Source: Nemertoderma westbladi (Eukaryota; Animalia; Xenacoelomorpha). Taken from it: DNA of 64,000 nt. The stretch is taken from contig JAUCBJ010008566.1 in the NCBI GenBank assembly GCA_032718475.1, positions 10,477 through 74,476 of the forward strand, given 5' to 3'. The notes under the pieces were generated by a model. The model saw nothing but the letters and a program-made list of their open reading frames with translations, did no database searches and was not told the DNA's origin. Of the stretch, positions 1-12,391 are shown piece by piece. A program made the position numbers and the translations under genes. Within the stretch, counting starts at the first letter, position 1, and every line of letters begins with the position of its first letter.

Positions 1-1584
1 CCAGGAAGTTTCTGACTGCCTATGGTCCACCCACGGCTCTCGTTCAGACCACTCATAAAGGACCCGTAAGAGCGGCCGTCCTAAAACGCGCTCTAAAGGA
101 CGTTAGACGTTGATGTCTCTCCTCCGACGTTGATGTCAACCAACCCGGCACTTCGACCGGCGGATACACCGACCATAATCCTACACCCTCTGATGCAATC
201 ATATTGTACCCTTCACCCAGGAGTTATAGCCCTCCTTGTAAAGTGGCTCGCCCCAAAGAGAAAAAGACTCTGGCCAGCTTTAAAAAACTGCGTAAACGCC
301 GTCCGCGCAAGAAAGACTAACTGTTTAGAGTATTTACGTATATTAGAAACTGTGATTTTGTATATTTATAGACTTGAATCCCATTTTCTGGGAGCGGTGT
401 AAAAGCTTTTGCGGATATAATCAGTCCCCTTGCCCGCAAAGTACCGTGTGGGTGTTTTAACGGACATAAAAGTTGTTTTTCTATATGTGTGCTTTGGCGG
501 ACATGGCAAGACACAAAACCCGCAATGCGTCAAATCCTCTAGCACAGTGTAGCCTTGATGATTCAGATTACGACATCTAACAGCTGGTTGCTGGCATGGA
601 AACGGCCGTTGGACACATGGTTCTTTGTTCAGCTTAACAGCCAATCAGAGCGATTTTTACTTTAGACGTGGAGATATTCTACAGATCGTACTAGGCGTGT
701 TCAGTCTTACTGTTTTCTGTGTTACAGTTTTGTTGTTGCTTCTAGGCCAAGAACACCGGCTCTGGAGTCAATTTGTTTCAGACTTTAGAAGAAACATTAG
801 TAGGCTTAGATTATAGAACGTATAACTGTTATCAGTACAATCAGTGCTACATTAATGCACGGTGCAAGTCACTGCAACATACATTATTATACTGCTATTT
901 ACTGTTGTCATTATTTGTATCAGTTGGTTGAATATTATTACTTGGAGAACATCGATAAATAACCCAAATTTCCCAATTTTCTTGATACACTACAGGTTAG
1001 AGAGACAGGTTACATATAGCGATTGCGACTTATATTATCGTGGTTTGTAGTGAATTTAATGCTATTTGATAGGCACTACATGAGTCAATTGCTGTTCTCT
1101 TTATGTATGATAAAATTCATTGACGGTCGGCAGATTAGTGTGCAGTATTGTGCTGTACCGGTAGTGTGCATGATTGTGGCTGATAACTAAGCATTTCCTA
1201 AAGAATGCGCCTCATACGTGAATCATAAGCCTTACCTTCTTACCGTTGTGTTTAGTATAAGTCATATCTCTGTTTACCTAGATAGAGCGCCACGTCCTAA
1301 AGGAACTGTTAATATTTCCCGAAAGTGAATAATATTCGTCAGAAATTATTTATTAACGATCAATCGAATAATACAGTAAGCTTACACTGCAATAAAATCT
1401 AAGCCCTCCGAATCCAGTCTCCCGGGTATATCCAGCGGGTGAATGGACGCGCACTAGGCTGGCTTCGGCTAATGTTGTGTTTATTGGTATTAAATACTTG
1501 TCATATGTTGAAGTCTATTTATAAACCAAAAGACATATAAATTTTGGCAGGTTAAACTGCTAAAGGTCTTCAAAAGCGCGTACA
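1..1584 (+). mobile_element. BEL/Pao-family copy A: end of internal region plus 3' LTR (398-1584); rest of the element lies upstream of the window
   Basis: CCCATTTTCTGGGAGCGG|TGTAAAAG junction at 398, same as at 26328. LTR ends AAAGCGCGTACA at 1584. 1-320 encodes the same ...LKKLRKRRPRKKD* tail as 26034-26249. Confidence 0.9.
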
Positions 1585-1589
1585 AGGAT

Positions 1590-1790
1590 CGTAAACTAAT
1601 ATAATGGCATTTAACTGCGAGGCATACAGTAGTCAGCTCGTTCAACCTAATTTGTTCGGACCAGACCAGACTGCAGAGCTCAGACTCAGTTTGAGAGCCA
1701 GTACACTCAGGACAAGCAAGCGAATCAACTATGACTGGGAGAAACTCAGAACTGACAATGCAGTAAAGGAAGCTCACACAGTAAAAAGTT
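1590..1790 (+). pseudogene. Degraded fragment of an RTE-type LINE AP-endonuclease C-terminus
   Basis: NCEAYSS...SD...AELRLSLRA...KRINYDWEKL resembles the end of the APE domain in RTE-clade ORFs; frameshifted. Confidence 0.45.
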
Positions 1791-2258
1791 CAACATCGCA
1801 AGAGAGAAAAGATGTTAAGATACTCCACTTGTGATTCGTTTATGGATTTGTTTTTCCCGAACACATTTACTGCCGTCAAGAAGACAACAGATTTATTGGA
1901 CAATTCGTGCGCTTTACAACCAAATCCCAGGTCATAACTCCCACAGAAGTTCTCTAAGAGTACAAGAGCTGCGTTACGATAGTGTTTCATACTTTCGAGA
2001 TACTTTTCCACAGCTGATAGAACTTTGAAGCACATCGGGTTTATATTATTAAAATTTTGAAATTCATGAAAAGTCATAAAAATTGGTAAAATTTCAAATA
2101 AAATTTTCTATATTACATGGTGTAGTAAAGACATTAGGAATTTCATATAAATATTATTGGTTGGCTTAAATATCTCAAGATTTGCAGGCAAATAATAAAT
2201 ATTTTTGAGCCGTCCAGCATGCATTCTTAAATTATTGAGAATGCATGCTGGATGGCTT

Positions 2259-4270
2259 CGAACTATTTGACCAACCGAACCATGATCCGAACAATTTGAC
2301 CAACCGAACCATGATCCCAACAATTTGACCAACCGAACCATGATCCCAACAATTTGACCAACCGAACCATGATCCGAACTATTTGACCAACCGAACCATG
2401 ATCCGAACAATTTGACCAACCGAACCATGATCCCAACAATTTGACCAACCGAACCATGATCCCAACAATTTGACCAACCGAACCATGATCCGAACAATTT
2501 GACCAACCGAACCATGATCCCAACAATTTGACCAACCGAACCATGATCCCAGCAATTTGACCAACCGAACCATGATCCCAACAATTTGACCAACCGAACC
2601 ATGATCCCAACAATTTGACCAACCGAACCATGATCCCAGCAATTTGACCAACCGAACCATGATCCCAACAATTTGACCAACCGAACCATGATCCCAACAA
2701 TTTGACCAACCGAACCATGATCCGAACAATTTGACCAACCGAACCATGATCCCAACAATTTGACCAACCGAACCATGATCCGAACAATTTGACCAACCGA
2801 ACCATGATCCCAACAATTTGACCAACCGAACCATGATCCCAACAATTTGACCAACCGAACCATGATCCCAACAATTTGACCAACCGAACCATGATCCCAA
2901 CAATTTGACCAACCGAACCATGATCCCAACAATTTGACCAACCGAACCATGATCCGAACAATTTGACCAACCGAACCATGATCCCAACAATTTGACCAAC
3001 CGAACCATGATCCCAACAATTTGACCAACCGAACCATGATCCCAACAATTTGACCAACCGAACCATGATCCCAACAATTTGACCAACCGAACCATGATCC
3101 CAACAATTTGACCAACCGAACCATGATCCCAACAATTTGACCAACCGAACCATGATCCCAACAATTTGACCAACCGAACCATGATCCCAACAATTTGACC
3201 AACCGAACCATGATCCGAACAATTTGACCAACCGAACCATGATCCGAACAATTTGACCAACCGAACCATGATCCCAACAATTTGACCAACCGAACCATGA
3301 TCCGAACAATTTGACCAACCGAACCATGATCCGAACAATTTGACCAACCGAACCATGATCCGAACAATTTGACCAACCGAACCATGATCCCAACAATTTG
3401 ACCAACCGAACCATGATCCGAACAATTTGACCAACCGAACCATGATCCCAACAATTTGACCAACCGAACCATGATCCGAACAATTTGACCAACCGAACCA
3501 TGATCCCAACAATTTGACTAACCGAACCATGATCCCAACAATTTGACCAACCGAACCATGATCCCAACAATTTGACCAACCGAACCATGATCCCAACAAT
3601 TTGACCAACCGAACCATGATCCCAACAATTTGACCAACCGAACCATGATCCGAACAATTTGACCAACCGAACCATTATCCCAACAATTTGACCAACCGAA
3701 CCATGATCCCAACAATTTGACCAACCGAACCATGATCCCAGCAATTTGACCAACCGAACCATGATCCCAACAATTTGACCAACCGAACCATGATCCCAAC
3801 AATTTGACCAACCGAACCATGATCCGAACTATTTGACCAACCGAACCATGATCCGAACAATTTGACCAACCGAACCATGATCCCAACAATTTGACCAACC
3901 GAACCATGATCCCAACAATTTGACCAACCGAACCATGATCCGAACAATTTGACCAACCGAACCATGATCCCAACAATTTGACCAACCGAACCATGATCCG
4001 AACAATTTGACCAACCGAACCATGATCCCAACAATTTGACCAACCGAACCATGATCCGAACAATTTGACCAACCGAACCATGATCCCAACAATTTGACCA
4101 ACCGAACCATGATCCCAACAATTTGACCAACCGAACCATGATCCCAACAATTTGACCAACCGAACCATGATCCCAACAATTTGACCAACCGAACCATGAT
4201 CCCAACAATTTGACCAACCGAACCATGATCCCAACAATTTGACCAACCGAACCATCATCCGAACAATTTT
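2259..4270. repeat. 29-bp tandem satellite, ~69 copies, unit (C/G)AACAATTTGACCAACCGAACCATGATCC
   Basis: Head-to-tail repeats without spacers. Mostly two variants (CCCAAC/CCGAAC) plus rare single substitutions. Confidence 0.98.
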
Positions 4271-4353
4271 TGAATATGAGGGGAGGAGAGTAAAATACTA
4301 TTGAGTTTTTCAGCTGTATCACCAGTGATTACCGGTATTTAGATTAGAATTAA

Positions 4354-5717
4354 CCCTTTTAGGGCCGGGCGTTTTTTACCCCCGCTTAGGACCAGCAGGG
4401 GGGGGGGTCGAATCGACCCATCCTTAATATCTCGGCCCCGTTTTGGTCAATCGTCTTGACATTTGGTGCATATATACTATGATATGTCCTCTACAAGTTG
4501 GTGAAGTGGTAGCACCTAGTTACTGTCGGTTTGCCTAGTTACTTAGTTACTGCCTAGTTACTGGCTGTCTGTCTGTTGTCTGTTCTTTTGGATGTACATA
4601 CAATACAGAAAAATTTTATCATGGCTTAGTTTCATTCAACAACATACTCACTGTATGTGGATAATGGTTTCTTTACCAACGCATGACGCTCTGGTCTGCT
4701 AGTCTGTAGGTCTGTTCAACTTTGTCTGTCTGTCCGACTGTCTGTCTGCTTGTCTGTCAATTAGAATTACAGTAATGCTTGTAAAGTTCTATATAATTTT
4801 GGAAAAAACACAATACAATTTCAATAATTAGATATTATTGATTTACTCATATGAATTTTATGTTTATCGATGAGTGTAGCATTTACCTTAAATAATGAAC
4901 AGATAGACCGACAAACAGACAGACAGACATACAATAAATTACAGACACCACAGACGTCATAAAATGTCTGTTTGAACCAAATGTCTGTTCTTATACTGCA
5001 ATTTAGTAGATAAATGTACTTGACTAAAATGGACAGACGGACAGACCGACAAACAGACAGACAGACAGAAATTAATTTGCTGTCCACCACTTCTCTTCTC
5101 ACCAGCCGGATACCACAGCTCATGGTTGTGTACAGGTTGATCCTGCCGGCGGAAACTGTGCCCAGCAAACATCAGGTGGAATTTCTGCAGGGTGATGCTG
5201 GGTTTTGGCAATGATATGTTACCATTGTTGTATAACACATCATTGCTTATTTGTGCGTTATATGCAACGTTATGCAATTTATACAATTTATCCTTGAATT
5301 GTCTTGATTTACTTGTAAGAAATTTATATTTCATTGATAATTGTAGCATACCAGAGAAACAGACAGACGGCGGACAAACAGACAGACGGACATACAGACA
5401 GACAAGCAGACTGGCAGACAGACAGACATAAACGTCGTATAAATTTCAGAGACCTCATACGTTATAAAATATCTCAAGTAAGCAATTGAGGGTGCTTACA
5501 CTGCAAAGTAATAGATACAATAATACTTACGTACCATATTTTTCATAGTTTGAAAATTGACAGACACATTTGACAGACAGCCAGACAGACATGAGCGTAT
5601 ATCTTTTTACAAGTTTATGTCCTTTCGGTAGAGCAACTATATTGGGAAATATATTCAGCAGCTCAAGTCTTTACATATTTTTACAGCACCAGCGCAAACA
5701 CCAGGGGGTCGATTCGA

Positions 5718-5748
<31 letters not shown>

Positions 5749-5759
5749 CTCTAACAGGG
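4354..5759. mobile_element. Non-autonomous piggyBac-like element
   Basis: TTAA|CCCT at 4350-4357 and AGGG|TTAA at 5756-5763. Subterminal inverted GGGGGTCGAATCGACCC / GGGTCGATTCGACCCCC. Internal (ACAG)n/(CTGT)n tracts; no transposase. Confidence 0.75.
5070..5290 (-). pseudogene. Diverged RTE-type LINE C-terminal fragment inside the piggyBac-like element
   Basis: YNAQISNDVLYN...FAGHSFRRQDQPVHN..LW aligns with YNAHISNQTLYN...FAGHCFRREDQPVHNLVFW at 61043-61555. Confidence 0.75.
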
Positions 5760-5827
5760 TTAAGTAGTTCCTTGCTGTATGTACCTTTAATCTATAAAGT
5801 TGTACTACTTAATGTCACCTAAATTAT

Positions 5828-6226
5828 TTGTACTGTAGTCAAAGAATGGATAGAACAATGGATAGAAGAACATGTGTTGTCAAGCGACGGTGTGTCAGTG
5901 GAGATAGAGATAATCGGGGTAGTCCCCGTTTGTTTCCTGAAATTCGAAATGGACGAAGTAGTGCGCAAGGGTCTCGTGTCACTAGTAACGGGTCGCCATC
6001 AATGGGAACCCGGTTTGTTAATAGAGTTCACGGGGTATACCGATCTGCGAGGAGTTGTGTGTCTGCGGATGATGATGGTGAGATGGTTGAAGATCCATCG
6101 AGAGAAGGCAATGATAAAATAGATAGAACGGGGGGAGGTAGGCGAAAAGTTATGGAAGATACTATTAAATACACAAGAAATTCGCGACGGAGCGCGACGC
6201 CTTACAGGGAAATTATCCACCAATAA
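5828..6226 (+). CDS. Short paralog of the C-terminal block of the 12392-14320 repeat ORF; function unknown
   Basis: GDRDNRGSPRLFPEI...SCVSADDDGEMVEDPS is nearly identical to ~13965-14190. Equivalent stop (IIHQ* vs IINQ*) and homologous 3' flank. Confidence 0.35.
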   Translation: MYCSQRMDRTMDRRTCVVKRRCVSGDRDNRGSPRLFPEIRNGRSSAQGSRVTSNGSPSMGTRFVNRVHGVYRSARSCVSADDDGEMVEDPSREGNDKIDRTGGGRRKVMEDTIKYTRNSRRSATPYREIIHQ

Positions 6227-8089
6227 ATCGACAAAAAATAAAATATTCCAAAGTTTATAAGTTTAACATTTTGATTTTATACAGTAGTAGGAAGAACACC
6301 ACTTATGGAAGCCAGACTTTTTTATGCGAAAAAAGTATTAATTTAGCTTAATTAGGTCTTTAATTCTAAAAAAAATTAATACAGTTTACATACCGTACAG
6401 AAGGCACTGCGTAAACAGAATTCCTACTGGTATCCGGTACCGGAGTCCTAGAGTAGGCGAATCTAGTTATTTTAATTATTATTGTATAATTTGGTTATAT
6501 TGGTCAGGCACAAACCCTAATTAAAACTGTAATGTAACTCTAACCCTAAGTCATGGGGCTCTAATCTAAGAAATTTTGTGGAATTTTGAACCATTACCAA
6601 AGGCCAAACTAAATCGCAAATAATTACAAATAGGAAACGAAAATAAAAATAAGTGCGTGAAAAATATGATGAAAATGAACATGCTGGTTCCAAAAAATGT
6701 AGTATCGGATAATAAAAATGGAAAATTACGGACAGACGGAGGAGTAGTCTTTATAGTGAATTTTTTAAAATCTCACGCAGGCTGCTAGGGGGCGACAAAT
6801 TTTTTTTCATATTTTTATGTACTTTTGATAATTTTCTTTTTGATGGTACATCGTTTTCTATGCATTTTTTAACCACATTGGAGATATATACAAAATAAGA
6901 ACAAAGCAGAGGTTGGGCTTCCCCCTTAATATATTGCGCAGTTTTTCGTATATTTAAATATCGCATGCTACTTCTAGTTACCGAGATATAAGTCATTCAT
7001 GTGCGACAGGTTAGTGTAAATGTTTTTCCTTCCCCCGAGATTCCGATCACCTTATAGAATTAATTAAATTATTCTGGAACATCAATCTTTCTATCCTTAT
7101 TTTCCCATCATTTAAATAATGATATTTTTTCACTTTACGCGACACGACAAATATAACTCTACGATAATTGTTACATAATTATATAGTGACATATGTGGAA
7201 GTAATTAAAAAATAAAGCACAATATTATCATTACCGAATATAATTCAGAGTATGTATTTATGTTGGGTGGGGGTCCAAGTCGTCTCGGTTTCTATGTTGT
7301 CTCTTTAGCACACATTGGGGTTTCCTTGAGTTTGATGATGGCAGCGAGTTAGAAGCTGGTTAACTCGTCACCCCGGGCTGCCTCATCGCCGAAGTCCAGG
7401 GCACGCCAGGGGCGTCGTCCCCCTCAGAGGCACAGACAGCTAGCTCGTAAGAGAGCAAATTGCAGCCTTCGACGTATGCCACGTAGCACTTTTCCTAGAC
7501 CACGTTCCCGCATGCCTTCATTGGTATTTACTAGGGACTCTGCGATGTGGGATATAAATATGTCTGTCTGTTTACACCACACACCGACTGTTGTGCTGAT
7601 GAGTGGTGGAAAGGAGATCCTCCAGGCCTCACATACGTCGCAGTAGTGGTCTTGCTTCGCGTGGACTTGTTGTTCTAGGATTCACTGACTGGTTGGTCTG
7701 GGCGTAGAAGGGTGCATTGGCATGTACAACAGCAATGTCGAAAGACGCAACCCTCTGATTGGCCCAGATCCCATGTGCAACAAGGTCCGCCTGAACCCCA
7801 CCGACTGTCAGTCCCTGCTCATTGAGACCTGACTTGAGGGTTACCTCTCGTTCGACCATCGATTTCCCTACCACCACCGCAATGAGGACTACAAATACCT
7901 CTCTCACCTCATTATGCCTCTTGATGACCAAGCCACCAGTCTTGCAGCTGAGGGCATGTGTACAGGTGGATGGCTGACCACATCCCTCACATCGCTGACC
8001 TGGTGGTGTAAGGCCATAGCAGAGAGCGAGTCCATCTCGGAATATTTCTAGGTCCAGGTCTGTGTTGTCGAGTGCAGAAGGTTGGGCAG

Positions 8090-9790
8090 TCAGCCAGCTG
8101 CCAGCTTGTTGGTAGCTGTCTGGGTAACTGTTCGACTGCAGTTGGTTGGGAGCGATTCAAGTGCAGACTTCATGGAAGCCTTGAAGGCTGCCTCCTGCTC
8201 TGTCCTGCACTGTGCCATGGCTGTTTTGAGGGTCGCCTGATGATCAGCCACTCGGAGGTCGTTACCAGTCATGATGGACTCGACAATCATCGCCGTTCCG
8301 GTGATAGAAGCTGCCCATGATGGTTCAATCCTCGCGACTAGATCCCGAATTCCTATGCCACCATGGCGGGAGGGCAGCAGAAACAGATTCGTTGGATTGG
8401 TGGCTGATGGAGTACCAAATAGTGCTGGAATGGAGTGCAAAGGAGTAGAAAAAGCGGTTTGCGCGGCAAAGGAGTGTGGATCGTATTGTGGCTCTACATC
8501 ACTCGCTATTGTATTGACCACTTGGAGGAGGTAGTCCCACTCATGCTGTACGCATCGAGACATTCCTGTGTGGGCTGTCTGGGGGTACTCCCCTGTTACC
8601 TCACTGAGCTTGGTTATACTCTGTACCCATCTCCCTACTTTGTCTTTCACGAATTGCTTGCACCCCTCTGAGTCGCCTATGAACCCACCAAGGAATTTGT
8701 GGCCAGTGACCACTTGTATATTCCACTTTCTGAATATGGTACGAGCTTGCTCTTCCAGCCTGGGCTTTACCACCAGGAAGAATTTGGTGGGCTCTGGGTT
8801 GTAGCCTATTGTGGGGCCACTTGTGGTGAGCTGGATCCACAATTTGTACACAGCGGCTAGCTTGCCTGCAGTGGAGGAGTCATCTGTAAACCAGCATTGG
8901 CGACTTGTCTCAGTTGGACCTGAGGTGGTGATTAAGGTTTGCTGAGGCTTCGTGGTGTTGATGTCTACAGTGGCGTTGCTAGTGGTCGATGAAGCCGAGA
9001 TGTTGCCTGGGATACGAGACTGATTACGCAGGGGCTGTGGAGATGGTGCGGTGGTGCTCAAAGGGTCTGCATTGTCTTTCCTCTCAGACTGAGCTGGTTT
9101 GAGGGCACGGACTAGAGGCAAGGTGCCACACCCACACATTAGCATGGCAAGGGGATCGCTCTGAGTCATGCCCTCTGCACTCCAAAGTGGTTCCTCACTA
9201 CCGTGGAGGTATAATGTGACATGCCCATTATAGGCATTATAAAGGAACCTGGAGCACCGGTGCCAGTAGTGATGGCAGTTCATGAAGGCAACTGGGCAAC
9301 TAAGTGAGTTAAAGGCGTTTGTTGCATCAATGTGGAGCATACAGTCGGAAGATTGGTCATCGAATAATGCTGACATGGCATGGATTCCACCCTCGATGCC
9401 CGCTTTAACGTCTGCACACAGCTGATCCACACCAAATTCTACGAAGAAATCCATATTGGTGGCTGAGGCGAGGCAGTTGGCAAGGAGGCGGTATAGAACC
9501 TCCCCGATGCCGATAGGGCGGACTCCTGGCTGTTTGTCAAGGGCTATAAATCTACAAGCCCTGAGTGCCCTGATCTCGCCCCAGGGAACTACGGAGTTTG
9601 CTAACCGCCATGCCAGCCCGGATACTGCCTCACGGTATCGAGCACTGTGGGAATTGTATCTGGTCAGTACTGCATTCCAAAACTCGGCATCGTCTCCCAT
9701 TGGTCCGGCTGACCCTTTGAGTATATGGGTGACTTTAAGGCCCAGCTGCCAAAGTGACATCCACACCCTCAAATGGAGGGAGAGGATCAT
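8090..9790 (-). pseudogene. Reverse transcriptase portion of CRE2
   Basis: 566-aa open segment colinear with the RT of 41239-45669. Confidence 0.9.
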
Positions 9791-11272
9791 CGTTCTTGAG
9801 AATGTCTGAATAAATGGGCATCTGTGGAGGATGTTTTTGGGCCAACAAGTCTCTCACAGTGGTGCCTTGAGGTTGACCCTCGGTTTGTGACTCTGGATCC
9901 AAGACACCTCCGTTATCCCGATATGTGACCCAATGAATGGTTGCTCAGTTCTGTCCTGCAAGTATCTTTCTGTTAAAGATCTTCGCTGTGTTGCCTGCCT
10001 TTGAGCCCTTGTGGGTTGGGAATTTGTTGCTGCTGCGCTCTGCTGCTGTTACCAGAAGGCTGCGTGATTAATCACTGGATGTCTGGGCCTTTTTCACATC
10101 AGGATCACGTTGGAACAAGGTGGACATGAGAAACAAATGTCGCTCTGATGGGTGGTTGCCATTTGTCACATAGTTAAACTCATTTGCAAGCAACTCATTA
10201 GCTTTTCTGCCTATGTTACCTCCTGGAACGAGATAACGGCGACCTGGTAGCTTAATGAGGCAGGCATGGCGGCTCTGTTGATGTTCCAGGTGCATTAACC
10301 CAGTCCCCCTTGAAGGAGGATTCTAAGAATTCGGTGGTTGGGGGATTCTGCATTGTACCATACATATTGATATTCTGTATTCCTTATGTGGGCTGCTCAC
10401 TGTCGCTGGGGTTCCCCTTGGCACATGTGTTTGGGCAAGCAAATGGAGAAAAGTCCCTGGCATCAGTGGAGATGTCTTCATCGCTAATTACGGGAGATGG
10501 TGGGGCATCTAATTAGAGTGATTTAGTGATGGCTGGAGTGGTCCTTGTTGGGTTCCTATACATACAGTCCCATTACCATGGGCATACAGTCTTTGCAGCC
10601 TGACTTTGATTTCACACAGCTACATCTGCTGGTGGGGCTACATCCTCTTGCGTCATACCTGCAGCATCTATGTGGTTGTATGGATGACTGTGACAATTAG
10701 GCTCTCCCATGGTTTATTGAGTTGTTGCTTGGAATGCATTGACAGATCATCTGCTGAGCTTGGTTGATCGGCTGGGGTGGACAGACTGAGTACTGGGCGT
10801 GTCGGGTTGGCATAAGAACTGGAACAGGCAAGAACATTTACCCCAGTTGCTGAACTGTCATTGTACATGATCGCTGAATCCGCCAGGGGTTGTGTGCCAA
10901 AGGCAGGGCTTGCAAGAATGGGCCAATCAACGGGTGGGTCAGCCGGGTCGGTTAAGCAGTCATTCTGGCTTGCTTGATTACGTAAATCAACAGTTCCCTC
11001 ATTGGGGATGGATGGGTTGCACCTGGAGGTGCTGCTAGATGCTCGGAATTGGCTGACCCGGCGATTGCGGGCTTATTGTCGGAACTTGTGGCAGCCTGAT
11101 CAGCTAGCAAAGAAGCTCCATCGGCTGGTTCAACAAGAGTGAACATCTGGGCATCGGGGCCATCTGTGGGTCTGGTTTCTGTGGGACTATCAGGCAGGGT
11201 CTCATCTGCATCCACAAGGGTATCCTCGTCCGCCAATATATCGCTAGGTTTGGGTGGATGTGAGAATGGGCT

Positions 11273-11721
11273 ACTACTAGGATCGGCATGCTGCATTGCA
11301 GCTGCATTTTCAAGAATGCTGTGCCGGCTTATCGACAAAATTGCACAGCCACAACTCCCTATCACCCATGACATTTGCTAGATCATCGGCATCTTCAAGG
11401 CCAGTGTCCTTTAAGATATGTCTCAAGAAAGTCATGGGCTGTCCACCATGCTTATTCACTCCATGAGGCTGTCAAAGTACAAGATTATGCACTGGCTGGT
11501 CCTCACGGCGAAAGCAATGTCCTGCAAAGCGGAGGCGATTTTGTTCTAGTGTCAAGCTTGGGGGAACCAATGAGACACCTCCAATGTTATATAGTGTCTG
11601 GTTGGAGATGTGTGCATTGTACTTGACACAATGAACCCGGCGTAGCATTCTTGTGCATGTGCCATCCAGAGATTTGGTGTCCTCAGCAGTTAGAGCGCAG
11701 CATGGACTCCCATTGTGCCGT
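11273..11721 (-). mobile_element. 5'-truncated RTE-type LINE nested in CRE2
   Basis: 14-bp TSD TGTGAGAATGGGCT at 11259-11272 and 11722-11735. Highly similar to 61010-61445. Short (TAG)n tail. Confidence 0.93.
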
Positions 11722-12391
11722 TGTGAGAATGGGCTGGTCATTGAGGTATCCCTAGTATCTTGGACTGGTGAAGGTTCTAAGTAGCTGCTGGGTTGGATTA
11801 GCCTGGAACCTTGTATCATTCCCCCTTCAGCGCATAACCCGTATTTTGAAGGGGCACAGTTATGACACACTCGCTCAGGCTTGATGCAAGCGCATCTCAA
11901 ACAACGGCCTGATTTGCCGTTGCATCCGCAGCAGCTAGCATTTAGGGTAGAAGATAATCTTCCCTGAATGCAATTTTTGCATGTCCCCCCTGACGAGCAG
12001 TATGATGGATTTTCCCATCATACTCTACAGTTTGTTTGGAAATGCCCTACTAAATATATTTCTACAGCATGGGATTTTTGACGCCATTTACTCACAAAAA
12101 TCGTTTTATCACATTTTAAAAAATATGATTTCGCTAAGCCTTTCCCACTGTAATATTTATGTTTTTTGTGAGAGGCCATACCGTAGTGACTTTAGTCACT
12201 AAATCCGGTATTAAATCTGCACTGCAAATTTTGAATTTTATAGATTATGAAGAATCCATATTTTTTGAATAGTTGATTATTTTTGGTCGGTTTATTGAAT
12301 GATGTTTTACCTGTAAAGTGTTGATAAAAGAGATCCACAGGAACGTAAAACGATAGGTTGCAAAGAATCGCAAAGAAACATACCCAGGACA

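Larger units (their letters stand above)
7112..12008 (-). mobile_element. Full-length but degraded CRE-like non-LTR retrotransposon (RT + restriction-like endonuclease), CRE2
   Basis: 13-bp TSD ATTTTCCCATCAT at 7099-7111 and 12009-12021. RT motifs ALDKQPGVRPIGIGE, DATNAFN, QSDP, WFTDD (8090-9790). CCHC knuckle, RHNEVR and ADL...FD RLE (7629-8000). N-terminal Cys cluster at 11835-11935. Multiple stops and frameshifts. Confidence 0.92.

Noticed and set aside
2259-4270. CRISPR-like array (29-bp repeats)
   Set aside because: No spacers, no cas genes, eukaryotic context; plain satellite.
2108-4322. Long minus-strand ORFs over the 29-bp array
   Set aside because: Same peptide cycles through all three frames; artefact of a stop-free unit not divisible by 3.
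5718-5746. Poly-C/G runs (also ~17613, ~60642, ~63862) as special elements
   Set aside because: Two are subterminal parts of the piggyBac-like elements; homopolymer lengths are unreliable and there is no other support.
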